From contig OY764159.1 in assembly GCA_963668175.1 (NCBI GenBank), forward strand, positions 416,001 to 480,000: a stretch of DNA of 64,000 bases, written 5' to 3'. The notes under the pieces are model-generated. The model ran no database searches and was not told the DNA's origin. It worked only from the letters and a program-made list of their open reading frames with translations. The translations under genes and the position numbers were made by a program. Below, piece after piece: positions 20,233 through 28,249 of the stretch. Position 1 is the stretch's first letter; every line of letters begins with the position of its first letter. Origin of the DNA: Syntrophales bacterium (GTDB taxonomy: Bacteria > Desulfobacterota > Syntrophia > Syntrophales > PHBD01).

Positions 20233-21393
20233 ATGAACACAGCCGGCCCTAAGAAGGACAAGCCGCTTGACGAATTGGAGGTGCTGATCAGGCGTACTAT
20301 CCACGCCGAAAAGGCAGAGATCGAACGCTTGCGGCTCGAGAATTATCTCAAGGAAAGCGAAGAACGGCTGAGAACCCAATATCGCTTTATTCCCATCCCG
20401 ACGGTGACCTGGCAGAAGAGAAAAGACGATTTTTACCTGGTGGATTACAATATCGCGGAGGAGGAATCGACCGACGGACTGGTTAAAAGCCTGGTCGGAA
20501 AGCCGGCCGCAGAGATTCATCATGATCGGCCCGACATCGTTGCCGATCTGGCCCGTTCTTATCATGAACGTACGGTTGTAAAGCGGGAGAGCCCATATCG
20601 TCTCGTGACGAAAGGATTGGACAAGTTCATTTCCTTCACTTTCGCCTATGCCCCCCCCGATCTCGTCCTCTGCCACATGGAAGACGTCACCCCGCGCAAG
20701 ACGGCCGAAGAAAAATTGCGTAAATCGGAACGGGAACTTAAAGCCCTTTCATCCAAGCTCATGAAGGTGGAAGAAAAAGAGCGGAAGCGGATCGCCAGGG
20801 AGCTCCACGACAGCATCGGACAGTATCTGACGGCCATCAAGTTCAACGCGGAAAATATTCTCACCCGGCTCAAGCTGAAAGACGAAACTACGGCCATCGA
20901 AACACTCACCGCAGGCATTCCGCTCATCCAGCAGACGATCGAAGAGGTCCGGCGGATCATGATGGACCTGCGGCCGACCATCCTGGACGACCTTGGCATC
21001 ATCGCTACGATCTCCTGGTTTTGCAGGGAGTTTCAGGCTGTCTATAATCATGTCCGCCTGGAAAAGCAGATACTGCTCGAAGAGACGCAGGTGCCCGAAC
21101 CGCTTAAAATTATTATATACAGAATCATGCAGGAGGCGATGAACAACGCGGCCAAATACAGCGGGGCCGGCCTGATCAGGATCAGGTTGAAACAGGAAAA
21201 ACTAAGGATAGAATTCGCCATCATGGACAACGGCATCGGCTTCAACGCCGGACGAAGGCATAAGGGGCTGGGCCTTATCAGCATGAGGGAACGCATCGAA
21301 GGATCCGGCGGCAGCATGACGGTTCGGACCAACGCCGGGAAGGGCACTGTCATCCGGGCATCCTGGCCGGCGAACGTCAGGTCCGATTCGTGA
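20233..21393 (+). CDS. Soluble PAS + HisKA_3 sensor histidine kinase
   Basis: ERKRIARELHDSIGQ, QEAMNNAAKYS, DNGIGF and GLGLISMRER motifs; no TM segment; RBS AGGAAGG before ATG 20233. Confidence 0.9.
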   Translation: MNTAGPKKDKPLDELEVLIRRTIHAEKAEIERLRLENYLKESEERLRTQYRFIPIPTVTWQKRKDDFYLVDYNIAEEESTDGLVKSLVGKPAAEIHHDRPDIVADLARSYHERTVVKRESPYRLVTKGLDKFISFTFAYAPPDLVLCHMEDVTPRKTAEEKLRKSERELKALSSKLMKVEEKERKRIARELHDSIGQYLTAIKFNAENILTRLKLKDETTAIETLTAGIPLIQQTIEEVRRIMMDLRPTILDDLGIIATISWFCREFQAVYNHVRLEKQILLEETQVPEPLKIIIYRIMQEAMNNAAKYSGAGLIRIRLKQEKLRIEFAIMDNGIGFNAGRRHKGLGLISMRERIEGSGGSMTVRTNAGKGTVIRASWPANVRSDS

Positions 21394-22054
21394 GGAGGCC
21401 CTTCTCCATGGCATAGGCGGTCAGGGCGGAAGCGCTGTGAAGATCCAGCTTCTTCATCAGATGGTCACGATGCTTCTCCACCGTTTTTAAACTGATGCAA
21501 AGATAGTCGGCAATTTCCCGATTTTTGTACCCTTCGGCCACCAATTTGAGAATCTCCCTTTCCCGACTAGTCAAAGAATCCCAGGAAGTTCCGGCCTTCA
21601 CGCCTTTCCTGCCGGCCAGATAACCCTCGATAACCTTTTCGGAAACGGCGGGGCTGAGATAACGTTTGCCAGCAAGGACGTTTTGCACGGCCAGAATGAG
21701 TTCCGCATGGGTGGCGTCCTTCAGGACATAGCCGTCGGCACCGGCTTCGAGGCTTGCGCGGACATATTCCTCCGTTTTGTGGACTGTGAGTACGAGTACT
21801 TTCGTGGCGGGAGACAGCCTCTTGACTTCCCTGATGGCTTCCATCCCGTTCATTCTGGGCATGGAAAGGTCCATCAACATGAGATCGGGGGTTAATTGCC
21901 GGGCATAGCGAATGGCCTCGCGGCCGTCTTCGGCCTCACCGACAACGAGCAGTTCCGGATGGGAAGAGAGCAGCGCCCGCAGGCCCTCCCGAACAATCGT
22001 GTGGTCTTCGACGATGACAATCCTTTTGGATGGATTCGAAGCCTGGTCGTCCAT
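21377..22054 (-). CDS. NarL/LuxR-family response regulator
   Basis: VEDH, MDLSMP, GYVLKDA and LTSREREILKLVAEGYKNREIA motifs. Confidence 0.93.
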   Translation of the reverse strand: MDDQASNPSKRIVIVEDHTIVREGLRALLSSHPELLVVGEAEDGREAIRYARQLTPDLMLMDLSMPRMNGMEAIREVKRLSPATKVLVLTVHKTEEYVRASLEAGADGYVLKDATHAELILAVQNVLAGKRYLSPAVSEKVIEGYLAGRKGVKAGTSWDSLTSREREILKLVAEGYKNREIADYLCISLKTVEKHRDHLMKKLDLHSASALTAYAMEKGLLTNRT

Positions 22055-22217
22055 AGTCCCTGCCGACGAATGATCAACCGTATCAAGCCAACCCGGTGAA
22101 CGCCCTATTGTCTATCACGCCTTGGCAGATGAGTAAAGGAAGATCCTCCGGCTGATCTGATCCAAAACTTTTATGACGAACGATCTTTCCGCCTTTTGAT
22201 CGCAGCAAATAAAAAGC

Positions 22218-22246
22218 TTGCTTTTTTCTTTTCATTCATATAGGCA
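22218..22246 (+). promoter_or_regulatory. Candidate sigma70 promoter of the leader-ior-TRAP transcript
   Basis: TTGCTT-N17-TAGGCA about 30 nt upstream of the leader ORF. Confidence 0.45.
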
Positions 22247-22276
22247 CAAGTTAAAATATAACTAACGGTATTCATC

Positions 22277-22363
22277 ATGTTTTTTAAGAACACGATAAAG
22301 ATGACAAGCTGGTGGTGGCGCAGCGTACATATGGGGAGGTGCGGACTGGACTGCTGCCGTTAA
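22277..22363 (+). CDS. Tryptophan leader peptide (MFFKNTIKMTSWWWRSVHMGRCGLDCCR; alternative start at 22301)
   Basis: Three tandem TGG codons at 22310-22318 (SWWWR) in a short ORF ending 23 nt before a terminator hairpin. Confidence 0.85.
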   Translation: MFFKNTIKMTSWWWRSVHMGRCGLDCCR

Positions 22364-22386
22364 ATACACGATAAAGAGACGCTTAG

Positions 22387-22423
22387 AAGCCGCGGGCAGT
22401 TAACAGCTCCCGCGGCTTTTTTT
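22387..22423 (+). terminator. Attenuator terminator (3:4 hairpin)
   Basis: Stem AAGCCGCGGG / CCCGCGGCTT followed by a T7 tract, ending 23 nt before the iorA ATG. Confidence 0.9.
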
Positions 22424-22446
22424 ATTCATCCAGGAGAATTGAGGTC

Positions 22447-24282
22447 ATGAACACAGAAGGAGAAAGAATTTTGATGGGCAATGAAGCCATTGGCCGGGGG
22501 CTTCTCGAAAACGGCTGCGGTCTTGTAGCCTCCTATCCGGGTACGCCGGCGTCGGAAATTCTGGCGTCGGCCGTCGACTTTGCCGGGGAGACCAAAACCC
22601 CGATCCATCTCGAATGGTCCGTCAACGAAAAGGTGGCCTTCGAAGTCGCTCTGGCATACAGCTATACGGGGAAACGAGCGGCCGTAGCCATGAAGCAGGT
22701 CGGATTGAATGTGGCATCCGATCCGGTCACGCGTGCCGCCTATCTGGGCACCAAAGGGGGGCTCGTGCTCGTTGTGGCGGACGATCCGGGCCCGCACAGC
22801 TCGCAGACCGAGCAGGACAGCCGCCTGTTTGCCCTTTTCGCGAAAATACCGGTTTTCGATCCCGCCAGTCCGAAAGAGGCAGGCGAGATGGTCAGGGAAG
22901 CCTTCGCCTTATCGGAACGATACGAGATACCCGTCATGCTCCGGCCGACGACACGGGTATGCCACGCCCGTCAAAACGTGCCCTGTACAGCGCCTGAGGC
23001 GTCCAAAAAGAGTGCACGATTCGAGAAAAATGTCAGCCGCTGGGTGGCCACGCCACAATTTCTCCAAACCCTCCATCGCGAACTGAACGAAAAACTCGAT
23101 GCCATCGGAGGCGATACCCTCTTTTATCCGCATCATATCCCGGGGGACGGAACATCGGCCAACGGCTGCATCGTGGCATCGGGCGTTGCCTACGCCCATG
23201 CATTCGATATTATGAATGATATGAGGTTAATCGGCAAGGTCGATCTCTATCAGGTCCGCATGCCCTATCCTCTAAATAAAGCGTTCATTGGCGACGTCCT
23301 GTCACGTTACGAAAAGGTTCTCGTCCTGGAAGAAACCGACGCGGTCATAGAGCTTCAACTGGGCGACCGCAGGATAACGGGCCGGCTATCGGGCCATGTT
23401 CCCCGCCAGGGCGAACTGACGCCGGACGTTGTCGAAGACATCCTGCGCGCTTTTCTTGAGATGCCCGCCGCCGCGGCAGCACCGCAGCCGAAGGCCAAGG
23501 GCAGACGGCCGTCGCTGTGCGCGGGCTGCGGCCATCGGGCGGCTTTCTATGCGATAAAGGAGACATTCCCCGACGGTATCTTCCCCAGCGACATCGGCTG
23601 TTACACCCTGGGCATGAATTTCGGAGCCGTCGATACGTGCCACTGCATGGGGGCCTGCATCAGCCAAGGCGCAGGATTTTATCGCGCTTTTGCACAGGAT
23701 GGCCTCACGATCCCCACGACCGTCGTCACGATCGGCGATTCTACATTCTTCCACGCCGGCATCCCCGGCCTGATCAACGCGGTCATTCAGAGGGCAAGAT
23801 TTATTCTGGTGATCCTCGATAATGGAACGACCGCCATGACGGGTCACCAGCCGACGCCGCAGTCCGGGCGGATGGCCGACGGCCGTCCCGGCAAGCAGGT
23901 CATGATCCCGGAACTGCTCAAGGCCTGCGGTATCGAATTCTTGAAGGAATGTGATGCTTACGATGTCGATCTCCTGAAGGAAAACCTTCGGGACGCCGAC
24001 CGGTTCACTCGCAGCGAGAAGGGCGGTGTCGCCGTCATCATCGCGCGGCATCCCTGTATCGTCGGCAAGGCCGCCAAGAAGGGCCAGCCGGTTTACACGA
24101 TGAGCATCACCGACGACTGTATGGCCTGCAGGGCCTGCATCGATCATTTTGAATGCCCGGCCATCGCCTTCGATGAAGAACAGGAGAAGGCGGTCATCGA
24201 TCAGAATTTCTGTATCGGCTGCGGCGTCTGCCGGCACGTCTGTCCGGTGGAGGCCATTGTGGCGGAAGGAGGAGTCCAGTGA
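22447..24282 (+). CDS. iorA: Indolepyruvate:ferredoxin oxidoreductase alpha subunit
   Basis: MGNEAIGRG, YPGTPASE, WSVNEKVAFE, MKQVGLNVASD, SSQTEQDSR, LCAGCGHR, DIGCYTLG; TPP motif GDSTFFHAG...DN; C-terminal 2x[4Fe-4S] ferredoxin domain. Confidence 0.95.
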   Translation: MNTEGERILMGNEAIGRGLLENGCGLVASYPGTPASEILASAVDFAGETKTPIHLEWSVNEKVAFEVALAYSYTGKRAAVAMKQVGLNVASDPVTRAAYLGTKGGLVLVVADDPGPHSSQTEQDSRLFALFAKIPVFDPASPKEAGEMVREAFALSERYEIPVMLRPTTRVCHARQNVPCTAPEASKKSARFEKNVSRWVATPQFLQTLHRELNEKLDAIGGDTLFYPHHIPGDGTSANGCIVASGVAYAHAFDIMNDMRLIGKVDLYQVRMPYPLNKAFIGDVLSRYEKVLVLEETDAVIELQLGDRRITGRLSGHVPRQGELTPDVVEDILRAFLEMPAAAAAPQPKAKGRRPSLCAGCGHRAAFYAIKETFPDGIFPSDIGCYTLGMNFGAVDTCHCMGACISQGAGFYRAFAQDGLTIPTTVVTIGDSTFFHAGIPGLINAVIQRARFILVILDNGTTAMTGHQPTPQSGRMADGRPGKQVMIPELLKACGIEFLKECDAYDVDLLKENLRDADRFTRSEKGGVAVIIARHPCIVGKAAKKGQPVYTMSITDDCMACRACIDHFECPAIAFDEEQEKAVIDQNFCIGCGVCRHVCPVEAIVAEGGVQ

Positions 24283-24791
24283 ATCAACAGATCGTTATCA
24301 GCGGTATCGGAGGCCAGGGTGTCCTTTTTCTGACCCGGATTATTGCGGAAGCAGCCATGGAAAAAGGGTTGCCCGTCCTGACGTCGGAAACGCACGGCAT
24401 GGCCATGCGAGGCGGCACGGTCATTTCACATGTAAAGATCGGTCCTTTTCACAGTCCTCTCATTCGCGCCGCCCAGGCTGATATCGGTTTCTTTCTCAAT
24501 GAAGCCAACCTGGACGTTCACCGGGGTTTCCTGAAGCCGGAAGGGCTGCTGTTCATCAATACACCGAAGCCGGGAGACTACCTGCACGTGGACGCCACGC
24601 GGATTGCCAAGGAAAACGGTTTCCTGGTCATCACGAATTTGGTCCTTCTCGGATTCGCCGTAAGCAGGGGCGGCCTCTTCTGCGATGCCGGCCTCGCGGA
24701 GAACGTTATCCGCAAGCTTTCTCCGGACAACCAGGTCGAATCCAACCTGCGGGGTTTTTCCCTGGGGGTTGCCGCAGGAAAAACCAATTAG
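24279..24791 (+). CDS. iorB: Indolepyruvate:ferredoxin oxidoreductase beta subunit
   Basis: GIGGQG and SETHGMAMRGG motifs; GTGA overlap with iorA. Confidence 0.92.
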   Translation: MNQQIVISGIGGQGVLFLTRIIAEAAMEKGLPVLTSETHGMAMRGGTVISHVKIGPFHSPLIRAAQADIGFFLNEANLDVHRGFLKPEGLLFINTPKPGDYLHVDATRIAKENGFLVITNLVLLGFAVSRGGLFCDAGLAENVIRKLSPDNQVESNLRGFSLGVAAGKTN

Positions 24792-24825
24792 AAATGGTCT
24801 ACGAAGAACCGACTGGAGGTCACAT

Positions 24826-25854
24826 ATGAAGGCATTGAGAATCATAAGCGGTATCTTGCTGGCCGTCATCTTTCTGTTTATCGCGGCTCCCTCTCCGTCG
24901 TCAGCCGCGGGCCCCATCAAGCTCACCTATGCAAACTTTCCCCCGGCACCGACGTTTCCCTGCGTCCAGATGGAACGCTGGGCCCGGGAAGCGGAAAAGC
25001 GCACGAACGGCCAGGTCAAGATCCAGACATTTCCGGGCGGGACGCTGCTGCCGGCCAAGAATATTTTTGACGGCGTCATTGCCGGCACCGCCGATATCGG
25101 CAACTTTGCCATGAGCTATCAGCCGGGACGTTTTCCCGTGTCGGAAGCCGTCGATCTGCCGCTCGGATTTGCAAGCGCCCGCGTAGCGAGTCTCGTTCTC
25201 TATGACATAATTGAAAAATACAGACCGAAGGAATTCGAAAAGGTCAAGGTCCTGACCGTCTTCACCTGCCCGCCGGCCGACCTGATGACAAGCAAACCGG
25301 TCAGAACCCTTGCAGATTTAAAGGGCATGGAACTTCGCTCGTCGGGCACCGGCGTCGAGGTGATCAAGGCCTTGGGCGGCATACCCATCGCCATGCCCCA
25401 GTCGGACACGCCTGAGGCGATCCAGAAGGGCATCGTCAAGGGCGTTGTTTCTTCCCTCGAAGTTTTGAAGGACCTGAATTACGCAGCTTACACCCCTTAT
25501 GCGACCGATGCCAACCTCTTCGTCGTCACCTTTGCGGTGGTCATGAACCGGGACAAATGGAATGCGCTGCCCGCCGACGTCAAAAAGACACTGGAGGCCC
25601 TGGGAAGGGAGCAGGCCGAATGGACGGGCAAATATGTCGACGGCCATGTCAAGGAAGCCCTCGCCTGGTCCAAACAGAAATACAACCACCAGCTCCTGCA
25701 GCTTTCAGCGAAAGACAAGGCGGAAATAGCTGCCCGTGTCAAGCCGATGATCGACGGCTACATCAAGAGGGTCAACGGCCAGGGGATACAAGGCGCACAA
25801 ATCATAGCCGATATCCAGTCTCTGAAACGCAAATACGAAAAAACGTCCCGATAG
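24826..25854 (+). CDS. dctP: TRAP transporter solute-binding protein (DctP family)
   Basis: Signal peptide; TNGQVKIQTFPGGTL, YQPGRFP and DLKGMELR (conserved carboxylate-binding Arg); GGAGGT RBS before ATG 24826. Confidence 0.92.
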   Translation: MKALRIISGILLAVIFLFIAAPSPSSAAGPIKLTYANFPPAPTFPCVQMERWAREAEKRTNGQVKIQTFPGGTLLPAKNIFDGVIAGTADIGNFAMSYQPGRFPVSEAVDLPLGFASARVASLVLYDIIEKYRPKEFEKVKVLTVFTCPPADLMTSKPVRTLADLKGMELRSSGTGVEVIKALGGIPIAMPQSDTPEAIQKGIVKGVVSSLEVLKDLNYAAYTPYATDANLFVVTFAVVMNRDKWNALPADVKKTLEALGREQAEWTGKYVDGHVKEALAWSKQKYNHQLLQLSAKDKAEIAARVKPMIDGYIKRVNGQGIQGAQIIADIQSLKRKYEKTSR

Positions 25855-25887
25855 CCAGCAAACGGAATCACCGGCAAGGAAAACATT

Positions 25888-26445
25888 ATGCATATTCTCG
25901 AAAGAATCAATTTGTACCTTAACCGTTATCTGCTCATGATCGGCGGCATCGCCGTCCTGGCCCTCATGGCCCTGGCCACGGGAAACGTCGTCCTTCGCCT
26001 TTTCCAAATGCCTTACGCGGGAACCTATGAATTCGTGTCGTTTCTCGGTGCGATCGTCACGGCTTCGGCCCTCGGCTATACGCAACTGAAAGGGGACCAC
26101 ATCATCGTCGATATCCTGTCGGATCACTTTCCCGGACCGCTGAAGAGCATCGCCGACGCCCTCTCCTCCTTTATCAGCGCCATTTTCTTCACCATCGTGT
26201 CCTGGCAGATGTTTGTCTGGGGCATGAAGCTCGCGGAATCGGGAGAGCTTTCCGAAACGCTCAAGGTGGTCTATCACCCCTATGTGTACTGCGTCGCGGT
26301 GGGTTTTGCCACACTGTCCCTAACTTGTGCGATCGACGTCATGGCCATATTGCGGAAACGCGCTCAGGTGCCCGCCGGTACAGAATCAGCGATACAGCAA
26401 TCCGGTTTGGGCTTCAGTGAAAGCCCCAGGGAGGAACGGTCATGA
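25888..26445 (+). CDS. dctQ: TRAP transporter small permease
   Basis: About 4 TM segments and the HIIVDI motif; lies between dctP and dctM. Confidence 0.9.
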   Translation: MHILERINLYLNRYLLMIGGIAVLALMALATGNVVLRLFQMPYAGTYEFVSFLGAIVTASALGYTQLKGDHIIVDILSDHFPGPLKSIADALSSFISAIFFTIVSWQMFVWGMKLAESGELSETLKVVYHPYVYCVAVGFATLSLTCAIDVMAILRKRAQVPAGTESAIQQSGLGFSESPREERS

Positions 26446-27749
26446 GCGAATCCATGGTAGGCGTTATCGGCATCCTGGTCATGTTTGCCACCTTGTTTTT
26501 CCTGAGGATACCGGCCGGCTTTACCATGGCCGTCGTCGGCTTTTTCGGAATTGCCTACGTGACATCCTTCCAGGCCGCCTTCGGCATGATCGGCTCCGAG
26601 ATGTGGAGTATCTTCTCCAACTACGGCCTGACGGTTATTCCGATGTTCATTCTGGTCGGCGAAATCGTGCATTACGCCGGCTACAATGACAGCCTCTATC
26701 ATGCCACCCACCGGTGGTTCGGACATTTCCGCGGGGGCCTGGCCATTACGACGATCATGGCTTCGGCGGCGTTTTCCGCCATCAGCGGCTCCAACACGGC
26801 CACGGCGGCAACCATGAGCAAAGTGGCCATCCCGGCCATGAAGAAATACAACTACCACCCCATCCTGAATGCAGGTTCCGTTGCTGCAGGAGCCACGCTG
26901 GGCGTTCTGATCCCGCCCAGTATCGTCCTCGTCGTTTACGGCCTCTATACGGGGCAGTCCATCGGCAAGCTATTCTTCGGCAACGTCATCCCCAGCGCAA
27001 TTCTCACCGTTTTGATTGCTGCGACCGTCTTTGCCATTTGCGCCCGTCATCCCGATTGGGGACCGGCAGCGGAGAAAAGCACCTGGAAGGAAAGGTTCAA
27101 GGCCCTCCCGGAAGCACTGGACATATTAGTCCTTTTTATCATTATCATGTATGCCCTCTTTACGGGCGTCGTTACGGCGACGGAAGCGGCAGCCCTCAGC
27201 TGCACCCTGGCGCTGATCATCAGCCTGGCCCGCCGGAAGCTCACCTGGGCGGCCTTTCTGTCGTCCATCGAAGATACACTTCGCATCTCCTGCCTGATCT
27301 TCATGATTATCGCCGGGGCCGTTATCTTCGGAAGATTTTTGACGATATCCCGTCTGCCTTATGAGGTCGCATCCTGGATCGGGTCCCTGGCCATGCCCAA
27401 CTGGCTGCTTCTGTCCGTCATCCTCTGCTGCTACATCGTCGGCGGCTGCATCATGGACGCCCTTGCTTTTCTCCTCATATCCCTGCCCATATTCTATCCG
27501 ATCGTGATCGGTATGGGGTACGACCCGATCTGGTTCGGACAGATCATCACGATTGTTACGACCATGGGCTCCATCATGCCGCCCATTGGAATATGCTGCT
27601 ATGTCGTCCACGGCATGGCAAAGGACATTCCCCTGGCCACCGTCTTTCGCGGCGGGTTCTACTACATCCCGTCCTACATCATCGCCATCATCCTGTTGAT
27701 GCTTTCGCCCTATTGGACGGTCTTGGTTTTGTCGGACCTGGTTAAATAG
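26442..27749 (+). CDS. dctM: TRAP transporter large permease
   Basis: IPMFIL, FSAISGS, LGVLIPPSI, DPIWFG and PPIG motifs. Confidence 0.93.
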   Translation: MSESMVGVIGILVMFATLFFLRIPAGFTMAVVGFFGIAYVTSFQAAFGMIGSEMWSIFSNYGLTVIPMFILVGEIVHYAGYNDSLYHATHRWFGHFRGGLAITTIMASAAFSAISGSNTATAATMSKVAIPAMKKYNYHPILNAGSVAAGATLGVLIPPSIVLVVYGLYTGQSIGKLFFGNVIPSAILTVLIAATVFAICARHPDWGPAAEKSTWKERFKALPEALDILVLFIIIMYALFTGVVTATEAAALSCTLALIISLARRKLTWAAFLSSIEDTLRISCLIFMIIAGAVIFGRFLTISRLPYEVASWIGSLAMPNWLLLSVILCCYIVGGCIMDALAFLLISLPIFYPIVIGMGYDPIWFGQIITIVTTMGSIMPPIGICCYVVHGMAKDIPLATVFRGGFYYIPSYIIAIILLMLSPYWTVLVLSDLVK

Positions 27750-27847
27750 ATCACGTGACGCGCCGACCGACATATAAGGGTTGATCCATTATCGCTTATT
27801 TGATACATGATTGTATCATTGAGTCATTTTCAACTCGAAGGACGGCC

Positions 27848-28192
27848 ATGAACGATCTACTGGAAAGCCGGGATGAAGAGATTGTGGGCGATATGCACCG
27901 GGCGGCGCAGACGATTGTGGAATTCACGGTAGGCGTCAGTTTCGAGCAGTTTATCAGCGACCGGAAACTGCAATTTGCCCTGGAGAGGTTGATCGACATC
28001 ATCGGGCAGGATGCCGTGAATGTATCGGAGGCTTTTCGCAGCCACTATGCCGATATATCCTGGCAGACGTTGATGACGCTCCGTCACGTTCTGGCCATGG
28101 AGGATGGGGCCAAGCAGGAACGCATGTGGGATCTCGTCTCCGTGCAGATACCGGAACTCGCGGCAGAACTGGAATCATTGGCGCCTTACTGA
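27848..28192 (+). CDS. DUF86/HepT-like HEPN protein with a degenerate active-site motif
   Basis: Family-like segments FALERLIDIIG and ISW...LR...MW..V...IPEL; the Rx4H motif reads RHVLAM. Confidence 0.7.
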   Translation: MNDLLESRDEEIVGDMHRAAQTIVEFTVGVSFEQFISDRKLQFALERLIDIIGQDAVNVSEAFRSHYADISWQTLMTLRHVLAMEDGAKQERMWDLVSVQIPELAAELESLAPY

Positions 28193-28249
28193 TCTTAAAC
28201 CCTAAAACGGCTGCACCCCATCCACCTGAATAACACCCTCGTCAGAATA

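Noticed and set aside
22250..22430. T-box riboswitch or tnaC-type explanation for the ior leader
   Set aside because: No T-box sequence (UGGNACC) or specifier stem precedes the terminator. Tandem Trp codons with an intrinsic terminator fit trpL-type attenuation better than the single-Trp, Rho-dependent tnaC mechanism.
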